This document shows, piece by piece, positions 1 through 7,826 of a stretch of 24,000 nt of DNA. Position numbers and translations under genes: made by a program. Location of the stretch: positions 442,071-466,070 of the forward strand of contig CAURZJ010000002.1 of NCBI GenBank assembly GCA_963529635.1, written 5' to 3'. The stretch is from an uncultured Peptococcaceae bacterium. Lineage in GTDB: Bacteria > Bacillota > Desulfitobacteriia > Desulfitobacteriales > Desulfitobacteriaceae. Numbering within the stretch: the stretch's first letter is position 1; each line of letters opens with the position of its first letter. The notes below the pieces were generated by a model. It saw only the letters and a program-made list of their open reading frames with translations. It did no database searches and was not told the DNA's origin.

Positions 1-1
1 C

Positions 2-484
2 GCTCGTACCCCCGAACGTATGCTAGAGATTATGAAGGATAGTCGTGTTGGTGCCTTCGGAGCTATAAGCGCCATCGCTTTACTCCTTCTTAAATTCTCA
101 CTTTTTGCTGAACTTCTTACTCTCGGCTCCCCTTTGACCCCGCTTATCTTGCTATTCATGCCCGTACTTTCGCGTTGGATCTTTCTCATCGGAGTCCACT
201 TTTTTCCCTATGCTCGCTTTAATGGGCTAGGCAAAGGCTTTCACGAAGCCTCTAGAAAAACCAAAGGAATTTTCTTCGGTCAGGGAACCTTCCTTTTACT
301 TCTAACCTACTGGTTCTTAAAATGGCCAGGAGTAGTAGGCTTTCTAATTTCTACCTTATTCATCCTTATCTTCACATCAAAGTCTTCCCGACTTCTCGGT
401 GGACTTACCGGTGATCTCTACGGTGCAAGCATCGAATTAGCAGAACTCTTCTTTCTGCTCGGAGCATTTCCGCTATTGCACTAA
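2..484 (+). CDS. cobS: Adenosylcobinamide-GDP ribazoletransferase (cobalamin synthase CobS), C-terminal part; 5' end is off-window
   Basis: The frame is open from the window edge, in the same phase as ORF 20..484. The product is a polytopic membrane protein with CobS-type motifs MKDSRVGAFG and GGLTGDLYGA. A hairpin terminator follows. Confidence 0.8.
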   Translation, partial: ARTPERMLEIMKDSRVGAFGAISAIALLLLKFSLFAELLTLGSPLTPLILLFMPVLSRWIFLIGVHFFPYARFNGLGKGFHEASRKTKGIFFGQGTFLLLLTYWFLKWPGVVGFLISTLFILIFTSKSSRLLGGLTGDLYGASIELAELFFLLGAFPLLH

Positions 485-507
485 AAGTAAATAAAAAGCA
501 CAAACAT

Positions 508-557
508 AAAGACGCTCTTCCGACTGCCCAAGCCTGGAACGAGCGTCTTTATTTATT
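508..557 (+). terminator. Rho-independent terminator after cobS, possibly bidirectional
   Basis: AAAGACGCTC (508-517) is the exact reverse complement of GAGCGTCTTT (541-550) and is followed by ATTTATT. The A-rich 5' flank would supply a U-tract for minus-strand transcripts. Confidence 0.55.
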
Positions 558-606
558 ATCGCTTATTGCTACATACAAGAGAATTTACATTCCAAGACCC
601 GCTAAC

Positions 607-832
607 GTAGCTTTTCGTGCAGAACGAAAGACCGATTGCTGTGAAGACAATCGCACTTGTTTCGTAGGCATTCAGCCTTAGCTGAACGACTTCTAGCGGA
701 GGGGCGTAAAATCGAACGATGCTTTTAGTGACGAAAGGCATGGTAGCCTTTCGGCTTTAGCTTAGCGTAGTCATTGGTTCACATGCAGTAAGCACAAGGG
801 TTTGGCACGAAAGTGTCTGCGCGAAAAGCTAC
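607..832 (+). ncRNA. Candidate structured RNA of unknown class (~226 nt); strand assignment is tentative
   Basis: A 16-bp long-range helix pairs 607-622 (GTAGCTTTTCGTGCAG) with 817-832 (CTGCGCGAAAAGCTAC), with one T:G pair. It encloses perfect local hairpins at 624-629/660-665, 633-638/648-653, 671-676/681-686, 732-739/746-753 and 804-808/813-817 (GAAA loop). No credible ORF is present. The two non-Watson-Crick pairs are G-U on the plus strand but A-C on the minus strand. Confidence 0.3.
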
Positions 833-855
833 TTACCCCATCTTTCTGAACGAAT

Positions 856-2019
856 CTACTTACTTAACCCCCGAGCCAACCGTTTAATCCCTTCTTCGAT
901 AATTTCCGGCGTAGAACAAGAATAATTTAAACGTACTTCGTTGGAAACCCGTCCATCTGCATAGAACAGTGCCCCAGGAACATATAAGACATTTTGCTGA
1001 ATCATTTCATCGACGTAGTCAAAGCTATTATCTATACCGATTAACTTTGCCCACAAAAACAACCCACCCGAGGGAACAATCATTTCCACTTTGTCTCCGA
1101 GATAGGTCTGAATTGCGTCAACCATAGCTTTCCTTCGAACACCATAGACCTCACGCAACTTTTGGATATGTTCAGGCAAATACCCTTGTTTCAAATATTC
1201 AAAAACAGCTCTCTGGGTTAAGTTATTACTGTGCAAATCGACGCCTTCCTTGGTTTGTTCCAAGTGAGCGATAATATCCTCATCGCCCAGTACATATCCC
1301 ACCCGGAGCCCAGGCGCTAACACTTTAGAGAACGTCCCAAGGTAAACCACATTCTCTGCTAATTCTACAAGATTAGGAAGTGGATCTCCTTCATAACGCA
1401 GTTCCCCATAGGGATTGTCCTCAACAAGCAAGAGGTTATATTTTTGGGCAACCTTGAGTAACTCTCGACGACGGTTTAATCCCATGATTTTACCCGATGG
1501 ATTTTGGTAATTGGGAATCAAGTAGAGAAATTTTGGAGTTGTTACTTCAAGCGCTTTTTCCAACTCGCTTGGGATTATCCCCTCCTCATCTGAAGGAATC
1601 ATTTGGAATTTAGCCCGGAATCCTTCAAAGGCTTGAATTGCACCAAGGTAAGTAGGGGTTTCTAGAAAAACAGTATCTCCTGGGTCCAAGAAAGTTTGTG
1701 CTAAGAGGCTTAATCCCTGCTGGCTTCCCGTAGTAATGATTACTTCACTGAAACTTGCAGGACTTTGATTTCGGCGATGTTGACTAGCTATCCACTCTCT
1801 TAACTGTGGGTAACCTGCAGTTTGAGAGTATTGTAAGGCTGAACTTCCCTGCTTCTCAAAAACCTTTTGGAAAGATTCCTTGAGTTCCCGATCAGGAAAT
1901 AGTTCAAGTGCGGGCAACCCACCTGCAAACGAAATCATCTCAGGGTTCTGCGCTGCTCTGAGCATTTCCCCGATAAAACTATCTCCAACCTTATTCATCC
2001 AGCTAGCATACTTCATCAT
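856..2019 (-). CDS. PLP-dependent aminotransferase, class I/II (2-aminoadipate/aromatic aminotransferase-like)
   Basis: The ORF gives 393 aa. The fold-type I signature GTFSKVLAPGLRVGY contains the PLP-binding lysine, and NPYGEL and NPSG motifs are present. I trimmed the start to the ATG-ATG pair preceded by GGCGGAGAAG; an upstream in-frame ATG at 2037 is possible. Confidence 0.85.
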   Translation of the reverse strand: MMKYASWMNKVGDSFIGEMLRAAQNPEMISFAGGLPALELFPDRELKESFQKVFEKQGSSALQYSQTAGYPQLREWIASQHRRNQSPASFSEVIITTGSQQGLSLLAQTFLDPGDTVFLETPTYLGAIQAFEGFRAKFQMIPSDEEGIIPSELEKALEVTTPKFLYLIPNYQNPSGKIMGLNRRRELLKVAQKYNLLLVEDNPYGELRYEGDPLPNLVELAENVVYLGTFSKVLAPGLRVGYVLGDEDIIAHLEQTKEGVDLHSNNLTQRAVFEYLKQGYLPEHIQKLREVYGVRRKAMVDAIQTYLGDKVEMIVPSGGLFLWAKLIGIDNSFDYVDEMIQQNVLYVPGALFYADGRVSNEVRLNYSCSTPEIIEEGIKRLARGLSK

Positions 2020-2140
2020 TACTTCTCCGCCCTTCATTCTGTCGAAAACTTCCTGATTTTACTGTTTTGTATTTAGTATTTTAGCGATTCAGCTTTTCCA
2101 AGGCCCAGCCAAGCTAAATAGCTCTTATTATTTTCTTTCT

Positions 2141-2662
2141 TTATTGGATCTTCCCAAATCGATTTAACGGCCAATATCGTATAATTACTTTACCTTCAAC
2201 ATTTGCCTGTGGCAAAATGCCCCAGATGTGACTATCCTTGCTATTATTTCGATTATCCCCAAACATTACATAAGAATCCTCAGGAATTTCAATCGGTCCA
2301 TACGAATATTTTGGAGCCTGAGTTAAATAGGGTTCTTCTAAGACCTTTCCATTAATCCAGACCTTACCCTCCCGAACTTCTAAGGTTTCTCCTGGCAAAC
2401 CCACGATGCGCTTCACGAGATCGTCGGACTCACCAGAAGCCTTTGGTGGCACAAACATGATAATATCTCCCCGCTCCAAGGGGGAAAAACGATAAAACAA
2501 TTTATCAAAAATTACTCGGTCCTGAAGTTGAATCGTGGGAAGCATTGACCCCGTTGGGACAATTCGAGTATCAAAAACAAATAACCGTATAAAATAAGAA
2601 ATTAACCAAGCAACGATAATAAGTGCAGCCCATTCCAAGATTGTTCTTACATACTTCTTCAT
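2141..2662 (-). CDS. lepB: Signal peptidase I
   Basis: An N-terminal TM anchor is followed by the catalytic Ser box GSMLPTI, the Lys box VKRIVGLPGE and the GDNRNNSKDSHIWG box. I chose the ATG at 2662; the ORF-track start at 2725 is a GTG without an SD. Confidence 0.9.
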   Translation of the reverse strand: MKKYVRTILEWAALIIVAWLISYFIRLFVFDTRIVPTGSMLPTIQLQDRVIFDKLFYRFSPLERGDIIMFVPPKASGESDDLVKRIVGLPGETLEVREGKVWINGKVLEEPYLTQAPKYSYGPIEIPEDSYVMFGDNRNNSKDSHIWGILPQANVEGKVIIRYWPLNRFGKIQ

Positions 2663-2734
2663 TTCCTCACTGCCTTTACACACATATGAAGACCCTATAA
2701 GTCTTTCTAAAAAAAAGACCCCCACCTCGGAGGG

Positions 2735-4519
2735 CTAAGTCGATATAATATTCCCTTTTCCCAGGTTTTTACCCCTATAGAGCCTCTGATCAGCTAGTCG
2801 ATACAGTTCATCATAACTGCACCCTTCCGCCGGGAATTCTGCAACCCCGATACTGACTCCGAGTCCATACTCCTCTAAGCGCATGCTTTTCTTCATGCGC
2901 TCGATGACAAGAACTGCCTCTTCGCCAATTTTAACATCAGTTAGCACGACTGTGAATTCATCTCCACCTGTCCGGGCTACGATATCCTCTTCCCGAACCG
3001 CTGTTCGTAAGTTCTGGGCAATAAATTTCAAGGCCTCATCCCCTACAGGATGACCCAAGGTATCATTAAGCTGTTTAAACAAATCTAAATCAAGGACTAA
3101 CAATAAGAACGAAGAATCTCTTCGTAAGGTGCCTGCCATTTCCTCGCGAATACGCTGTTCAAATCCCTGACGATTGAGTATGCCTGTTAACCGGTCTGTA
3201 TTCGCTAGTCTCGCAAGTTCATCCCTCTGCTTTATTGTTTCTAGTGCAACCCCAACAACACGGACAAACGCTGCCAAGATTTCCAGTCTCTGCTCTGTCG
3301 CGTGTTCCTTGGCATTCATGAGCCAAAGCTCTCCGACAATTCCGCTATGGGTCTTGAGTGGATGAATTCGTACTCTGTCCCAGTGGAAAGGATTATTTTC
3401 TACATTAAGAAAATGCACGTCCTTATTTTTATAGGAAAAACCCTCTTGTGGTATATATTTTTTTATCCAAGTGAGCCAATCCCAATCGGTTTGCTTCAAA
3501 CGACCAAAGGGTGCGCGTATTTCCGCGATTCCTTCTTGATTTTCCAGCAGGAAAAACCCTCCGGGCAAAAATAAAATCTCCATGGCCATTTCGCCAGCCT
3601 CTGTCAAAAGCTGTTCTTCTGAATCCGCTTGTACGAGAATTTCCGTCCCTCTAAGTAATAAGGTCAAGGCTTGTTCCCGATCGATTGAGGCTAAACGTAT
3701 CTGTTGCTCGTAAATAAACGAGGAAATTAGAGGAATGACTTGCTTCATATAAAAATATCGATCCCTCCCGAGTAACCCTTCCTGACCCCCGAGTAAAACG
3801 ATAGCCCCTATCCTTTGCCCAAAGTGAATAAGTGGTATACAAACAAGCTGAGTAATACCCGAATCTATAAAGGGCAATACCCACTCTTCCTTCAAATCAC
3901 TCAGGTCTTGCAAAATCGGATAGAATTCAGCTTCTAGCGCAACACAGTCTAATACAAAATCCTTGGGAAACTTACATTTTCTAAGAAGTTGAGTATGTTC
4001 TTTCTGTCGTGCACTGACAGATAAAAGTTCATACTTCCCTTCATCCTGCAAATAAATTCCTGAAGCGGCAAAGCCAAAAAGTTCAAGGCTTCGTCGAGTA
4101 AAAAGATTTAAAGCCGTCAGAAGGTTATCCTCTTGATTCATTTCCTGTATAATTGACAGTAAAACCTCAGCATTCAAGGAGTTACTAAAAGCAGTGAGAT
4201 AAAGAAAGGCACCCTTAACTTCCCCCGAAACATCAAGCAGAGGCACCCCTATTACGTGGCTAAATCGATTAGAATCCCCGTGCCACTGATTTATGGTCTT
4301 CTCGGTTCTATCCGCACCTGAGAATATCTCCCTAAACAAGGGATGGCTCTCAGGGATAATACTCGACGAAATTTCTAACAAGGAGAGGGCCTTGGGAGTG
4401 GAATAGATAATCCGATCTCGCGATGCCAATACTCCTTCAAACTTATCTTGGGCGAGAGTGGATATGATGGTATCTAATTGAGGGATATATTCTACAGCCT
4501 CTATCTCTTGCAATTGCAC
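2735..4519 (-). CDS. GAF-domain sensor diguanylate cyclase (GGDEF)
   Basis: The C-terminus carries DRLTGILNRQGF ... RTGGDEFTVVL with an intact RxxD I-site (REED five residues before GGDEF). The ~420-aa N-terminal region looks like GAF-type sensor domains. The GTG start is preceded by AAGGGTGAG. Confidence 0.88.
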   Translation of the reverse strand: MQLQEIEAVEYIPQLDTIISTLAQDKFEGVLASRDRIIYSTPKALSLLEISSSIIPESHPLFREIFSGADRTEKTINQWHGDSNRFSHVIGVPLLDVSGEVKGAFLYLTAFSNSLNAEVLLSIIQEMNQEDNLLTALNLFTRRSLELFGFAASGIYLQDEGKYELLSVSARQKEHTQLLRKCKFPKDFVLDCVALEAEFYPILQDLSDLKEEWVLPFIDSGITQLVCIPLIHFGQRIGAIVLLGGQEGLLGRDRYFYMKQVIPLISSFIYEQQIRLASIDREQALTLLLRGTEILVQADSEEQLLTEAGEMAMEILFLPGGFFLLENQEGIAEIRAPFGRLKQTDWDWLTWIKKYIPQEGFSYKNKDVHFLNVENNPFHWDRVRIHPLKTHSGIVGELWLMNAKEHATEQRLEILAAFVRVVGVALETIKQRDELARLANTDRLTGILNRQGFEQRIREEMAGTLRRDSSFLLLVLDLDLFKQLNDTLGHPVGDEALKFIAQNLRTAVREEDIVARTGGDEFTVVLTDVKIGEEAVLVIERMKKSMRLEEYGLGVSIGVAEFPAEGCSYDELYRLADQRLYRGKNLGKGNIIST

Positions 4520-4731
4520 TTACTTCTCACCCTTCATCTGAGGAACACTCTTATCACTATCGTTCATTTTAACATATTTCCTTCTAAAAAATGCTAATTT
4601 CCAATTCTTTTTAAAAAATTCCTTAACATCAATATTTCATTATTACTTCAATTATTAAATTTTTTTAATTTTAGTGGGTAAAACTAAGAGGCAGTATATC
4701 TTGAAACATAAAAAGCTTTTTTATTTACCCA

Positions 4732-4760
4732 TTGTACAGGAAAAATTTCTGAGATATACT
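4732..4760 (+). promoter_or_regulatory. Putative sigma-A promoter for the TVP38/DedA gene
   Basis: TTGTAC (4732-4737), a 17-nt spacer, then TATACT (4755-4760), about 38 nt upstream of the TTG start at 4798. Confidence 0.4.
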
Positions 4761-4797
4761 TGTCGATAGATAGCAAAAAAAGAAGGGAAGGTTAATC

Positions 4798-5463
4798 TTG
4801 ACTCGAAAAAAAATACTTTCATACCTTACCCTGCTTCTCTCAGCCTTAATTATTATTTTTCTCTATCCACGACTACAAAATCCTGAAGCCTTTCAACATT
4901 TAATCTACCACCTCCGTTGGAAAGGCGTTCTTCTAGATTTGCTCATAGTTTCTCTACTAATGTTTTTCCCCTTTATCCCGTTTACCTTGATTGCAGGAAT
5001 CAACGTCTTGCTTTTTGGATGGATCGGTGGGTTTCTGCTTTCACTCACGGGCAGCCTACTGGGCTCCTCCATTGCTTTCTGGATCGCCCGTTATCTAGGA
5101 CAAGAATGGGCTCGGCCACACCTAGATAGACTTGGAAGATGGAACAAACTTTCTGATGCCAAGAATTTTTATCTTATCGTTCTAGCACGCCTGATTCCCG
5201 TTTTACCCTCTGCTGCAGTGAACTATGCTGCCGGAATTTCCCCTATGAAGTTCCCTCTTTTCTTGGGAGCAAGCTTCCTTGGAAAGTTTCCTATGATTGT
5301 TTGGGAATCATGGTTTGGACATGATTTTTGGCATCTTATGGAGCATCCAAAGCGCTTTTTCTTAGCTCTATTCAGCGGAGCAGTCATATTTGGAAGTGCA
5401 TGGCTCTTATGGCAATATATCGACCGGAAAGAAAAAAACCCAAGCATAAAAAATCAAGCATAA
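4798..5463 (+). CDS. TVP38/TMEM64 (DedA-superfamily, SNARE-associated) membrane protein
   Basis: A 221-aa polytopic protein with the family-typical core LARLIPVLPSAAVNYAAGISPMKF. The TTG start is preceded by GAAGGGAAGG. Confidence 0.8.
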   Translation: MTRKKILSYLTLLLSALIIIFLYPRLQNPEAFQHLIYHLRWKGVLLDLLIVSLLMFFPFIPFTLIAGINVLLFGWIGGFLLSLTGSLLGSSIAFWIARYLGQEWARPHLDRLGRWNKLSDAKNFYLIVLARLIPVLPSAAVNYAAGISPMKFPLFLGASFLGKFPMIVWESWFGHDFWHLMEHPKRFFLALFSGAVIFGSAWLLWQYIDRKEKNPSIKNQA

Positions 5464-5495
5464 GGATTATAGATTAAATAAGAGAATTGTGTACA

Positions 5496-5522
5496 AAAAG
5501 CCACCCTTACGGTGGCTTTTTC
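5496..5522. terminator. Bidirectional rho-independent terminator shared by convergent genes
   Basis: The sequence reads ACAAAAA-GCCACC-cttac-GGTGGC-TTTTTC. It has an A-run on one side and a T-run on the other, and sits between the stop at 5463 (+) and the stop at 5529 (-). Confidence 0.7.
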
Positions 5523-5528
5523 ATGTCT

Positions 5529-6524
5529 TTAATACTCGTCTCCGCGAGCGATCTTCGTAACCTCCAAAGCATCTTCCTGATAAATTTCGCTGAGCACCCA
5601 TTGGTTATTGTTCCAACGGAACTCCCAGAATTCTGTGAAATACAGCCGGTTATCATCTTCCCCCGCAATGATTCGGCCAGATGCATCGACCGTATAGTCA
5701 TACAAACTTGCAGAAATCATGACAACAAAGTGCTCTTGCGATTCATCCAAATGACTATGGATAAATTCGACATCCTCTGCATGAAGTACAGGTTCTTTGA
5801 TTACATTCCTCTCTCCACGAGCTTTCATTGCCGTCAAGTCTCTTCTATAGCGTCCTAGGAGGGTGGTGGCTAAGTAATCTTCTCCACCGCTCAAATCTTG
5901 ACGTGTCCAAGAATCCTGAATCCAGAAGTATACTTGTCTGACTCGACCCACAAGATAGTCCCGATCCCAGCGGGGGAAGGTTTCGGCATAGTAATGCATA
6001 TTTTGGCGTGTATAATCAATGCTTTTACTAAACCTACTCAGGTTCCCATCATTTGTAATAGGCCTTCCCGTGATATCCACTGGAACTTCAGCGGAATCGC
6101 CGATATCCGAATTATTTCGGTAGTTGGGTTTATTCCCTGTCTGAAAAGGATTTCCGAATCTCTTCCCCCTGTCCCTTCCTCGTCGACTTCTTTTCGAGGA
6201 CATAAACAGTCGATAAATCAGATATAGGATACCGACCAGGACGATTAAATTGAATATTCCACTAAAAAAAGATCCTGTTCCAGCTGAAGAACCACCGAAC
6301 CAAAAGAAGGGAAAGAACCCTCCAAATCCACGGCTAGGAAATCCAAGTCCTCCACTTGAAAGGCCCCCTCCTGAAAAGGACCCTCCACTAAAACTTCTTC
6401 CAGAGCTTCCTCCGAGACTACCACCCTTTCCTCCTCCAGCACGAGCCAGAACCACACTGGCCTGGCTCGTGAGGATTAAAAGGGTCGTGAAGGAAACTCC
6501 GATTCTTTTCATCCACCTCTTCAT
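5529..6524 (-). CDS. Membrane protein with an extracytoplasmic Gly/Ser-rich segment and a C-terminal Tim44-like (NTF2-fold) domain
   Basis: The order is signal/TM segment, ~60 aa of GGGKGGSLGGSSGRSFSGG... low-complexity sequence, a TM helix (IFNLIVLVGILYLIYRLF), a basic RSRRGRDRGKR stretch, then a ~170-aa domain ending EFWEFRWNNNQWVLSEI, typical of bacterial Tim44-like proteins. The start is ambiguous (ATGs at 6548, 6533, 6530, 6524, 6512). I chose 6524, which is preceded by AAGGA. Confidence 0.7.
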   Translation of the reverse strand: MKRWMKRIGVSFTTLLILTSQASVVLARAGGGKGGSLGGSSGRSFSGGSFSGGGLSSGGLGFPSRGFGGFFPFFWFGGSSAGTGSFFSGIFNLIVLVGILYLIYRLFMSSKRSRRGRDRGKRFGNPFQTGNKPNYRNNSDIGDSAEVPVDITGRPITNDGNLSRFSKSIDYTRQNMHYYAETFPRWDRDYLVGRVRQVYFWIQDSWTRQDLSGGEDYLATTLLGRYRRDLTAMKARGERNVIKEPVLHAEDVEFIHSHLDESQEHFVVMISASLYDYTVDASGRIIAGEDDNRLYFTEFWEFRWNNNQWVLSEIYQEDALEVTKIARGDEY

Positions 6525-6569
6525 GCCCATCATCCTTGCCTCAATCATTTTTGAAATGCGACGTTAGAA

Positions 6570-7250
6570 CTACTCTTCTTTTTTAAACTGAGCTTTTAGC
6601 TGGGCTAATTCATCTTCTACCTCAGAGTTGGCTTTACTTTTCTGAAGGTCAGCAAACTGATCTTCGATGCTATTTCCAGTCTGAACCATAGTTTTCGAGG
6701 CCTTGGCTTCTGCCTCTGAACGCTCCACTCTTTCCTTCATTCTGTCGAAGTTTGCCATTGGATCTTGATTGGACATTCCAGAAACTGCTTCATTCGCTTT
6801 TTTCATCGTCTCTGCACGACGTTGGCGCATAATGAGGTTATTCCGTTCCAACTTAGCCTTCTCTAATTTTTCTGTAAGGATACGTAAATTTTCTTGGAGA
6901 TCTTCTACCGCTGTGGCTTGATCAGTAAGTTGTGACTGGTAATCGAGAACACTCGTTTCAGCTTGCTTCTTAAGAGTTAGTGCTGTACGTGCTAAATCAT
7001 CCTTACCTTGCTGAACGGCTAGAGTTGCCTGCTCAGTGCGTTGTGCGACTTCCTTATTGAGGGTCTCAATGCGTTCTTCAAGTTGAATCTTGTCTGCGAC
7101 AGCCCGGTTTACCTGGATTTGAAAATTCCGAACCTCTTCAGTTGCTCTCTCCACATATAGACTTAACATCTTTTCCGGGTCTTCTGCTTTATTTACCAAA
7201 TCCATAATATTCGCTTGTAGTAGGTCTTTAACTCGTGTAAATAATCCCAT
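6570..7250 (-). CDS. pspA: PspA/IM30 family membrane-stress protein
   Basis: The N-terminus MGLFTRVKDLLQANIMDLVNKAEDPEKML is canonical for PspA/IM30, and the rest is long coiled-coil sequence. The ATG at 7250 has the SD GAAAGGAGAA. The ORF-track extension to 7352 has no SD and was rejected. Confidence 0.85.
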   Translation of the reverse strand: MGLFTRVKDLLQANIMDLVNKAEDPEKMLSLYVERATEEVRNFQIQVNRAVADKIQLEERIETLNKEVAQRTEQATLAVQQGKDDLARTALTLKKQAETSVLDYQSQLTDQATAVEDLQENLRILTEKLEKAKLERNNLIMRQRRAETMKKANEAVSGMSNQDPMANFDRMKERVERSEAEAKASKTMVQTGNSIEDQFADLQKSKANSEVEDELAQLKAQFKKEE

Positions 7251-7484
7251 TTTTTTCGTTCTCCTTTCATCTTTGAACACACTTAATCTATATAGTATTA
7301 TTACCAAAAATATGAGGTGTGAGAAATACCTTTGATGTTTGGAATCCCTCAAAGAAATTAAATACCTACTCTTATTTAGTATTCCCCTTCTTTCCTAAAA
7401 ATCCTTTTTACATCGATAAACCCTAATTTTTCCGTATTTTAAGCAAATACTCGATGTCCATGATGATAAAATTTGGCTCCCTTA

Positions 7485-7556
7485 ATTCTAGCACAGGATT
7501 CGGGTAATACTATGAAGAGCTTATGATGAGCCTATGAAGATTCCATGAATTTCATG
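7485..7556 (-). promoter_or_regulatory. Putative activator-dependent promoter: extended -10 plus four 11-bp phased direct repeats
   Basis: The minus strand reads TGCTAGAAT (7485-7493), which fits TGn plus a -10 hexamer. There is no good -35. Immediately upstream are four tandem 11-mers on the plus strand: TATGAAGAGCT, TATGATGAGCC, TATGAAGATTC and CATGAATTTCA (7511-7554). The last lies within the palindrome CATGAA-T-TTCATG (7544-7556). Confidence 0.3.
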
Positions 7557-7649
7557 CCCTAGACTTCGGGAATCCTTTTGATTTTATTCTCCTCCTCCCA
7601 AATATAAGGGTTTCGTTGCGCAATACCATTCCAAGGCCTATCGTGGTAT

Positions 7650-7687
7650 AGAAAAAGACCTTACCCATTTGCTTTGGGTAAGGTCTT
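7650..7687 (-). terminator. Intrinsic terminator forming the riboswitch expression platform
   Basis: The minus strand reads AAGACCTTACCC-aaagcaaat-GGGTAAGGTCTT followed by TTTC. This is a 12-bp perfect stem. Its 5' arm contains the 3' strand of the aptamer closing helix. Confidence 0.75.
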
Positions 7688-7780
7688 GCAACATTTCACG
7701 GTGATAGGCCGGGTCCACATCGGACCGTATGGCGACACTATCCACGGCATCTCTGCCGCTTGCTACTCCCCTTACTTATG
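7678..7780 (-). promoter_or_regulatory. yybP-ykoY (Mn2+) riboswitch aptamer
   Basis: The minus strand carries both conserved blocks of the family: AAGGGGAGTAGC (around 7763-7775) and GTTGCAAGACCTTAC (around 7678-7692). The closing helix is GTAAGG/CCTTAC. Internal helices are CGGCA-GAGA-TGCCG, GATAG/CTATC and GGTCC-gatgt-GGACC, consistent with the four-helix architecture. Length is ~103 nt. Confidence 0.7.
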
Positions 7781-7826
7781 GCTTCTTCCCAAGTCTTAAG
7801 GACCGGAAAGAATCTTTACATGCTTA

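Noticed and set aside
556-741. 61-aa minus-strand ORF (MPFVTKSIVRFYAPPLEV...) in the cobS/aminotransferase spacer
   Set aside because: It has no SD and no recognisable domain, and its composition is unremarkable. It lies across the hairpin-rich element, so it is better explained as a chance ORF inside a structured non-coding region.
607-832. The 16-bp inverted repeat interpreted as MITE terminal repeats, or as the a1/a2 stems of a retron msr-msd
   Set aside because: The flanks show no target-site duplication (…CTAAC versus TTACC…). No second copy occurs in the window. No reverse transcriptase or transposase gene is adjacent. These readings remain possible but are unsupported.
2690-2734. Possible terminator between the GGDEF gene and lepB (CCCTCCGAGGTGGGGG followed by a T-run on the minus strand)
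   Set aside because: I could not draw a stem longer than 4 bp with an acceptable loop. The T-run alone is insufficient, so the two genes may be co-transcribed.
3174-3884. ORFs 3174..3365 (+), 3302..3574 (+) and 3651..3884 (-) inside the GGDEF gene
   Set aside because: These are antisense or out-of-frame shadows of a 594-aa gene with clear domain content. Their sequences are low-complexity or implausible.
5487-6227. Plus-strand ORFs 5487..5858 and 5898..6227, and minus-strand ORF 5507..5701
   Set aside because: They lie entirely within the well-supported 5529..6524 gene. They have no SD and no family resemblance.
6245-6567. Proline-rich 105-aa plus-strand ORF (6250..6567) and 70-aa minus-strand ORF (6245..6457)
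   Set aside because: Both are frame shadows of the GGC/GGA-rich segment encoding the Gly/Ser-rich part of the Tim44-like protein. Reverse-complemented Gly codons read as Pro. Neither has independent start signals.
7251-7640. Small ORFs in the long leader between the riboswitch terminator and pspA, such as MDIEYLLKIRKN. A strong GGGAGGAGGAG tract also sits at about 7590-7600.
   Set aside because: The SD-like tract has no start codon within 5-12 nt. The 12-codon ORF lies 15 nt from its nearest SD-like sequence. Nothing supports a translated product.
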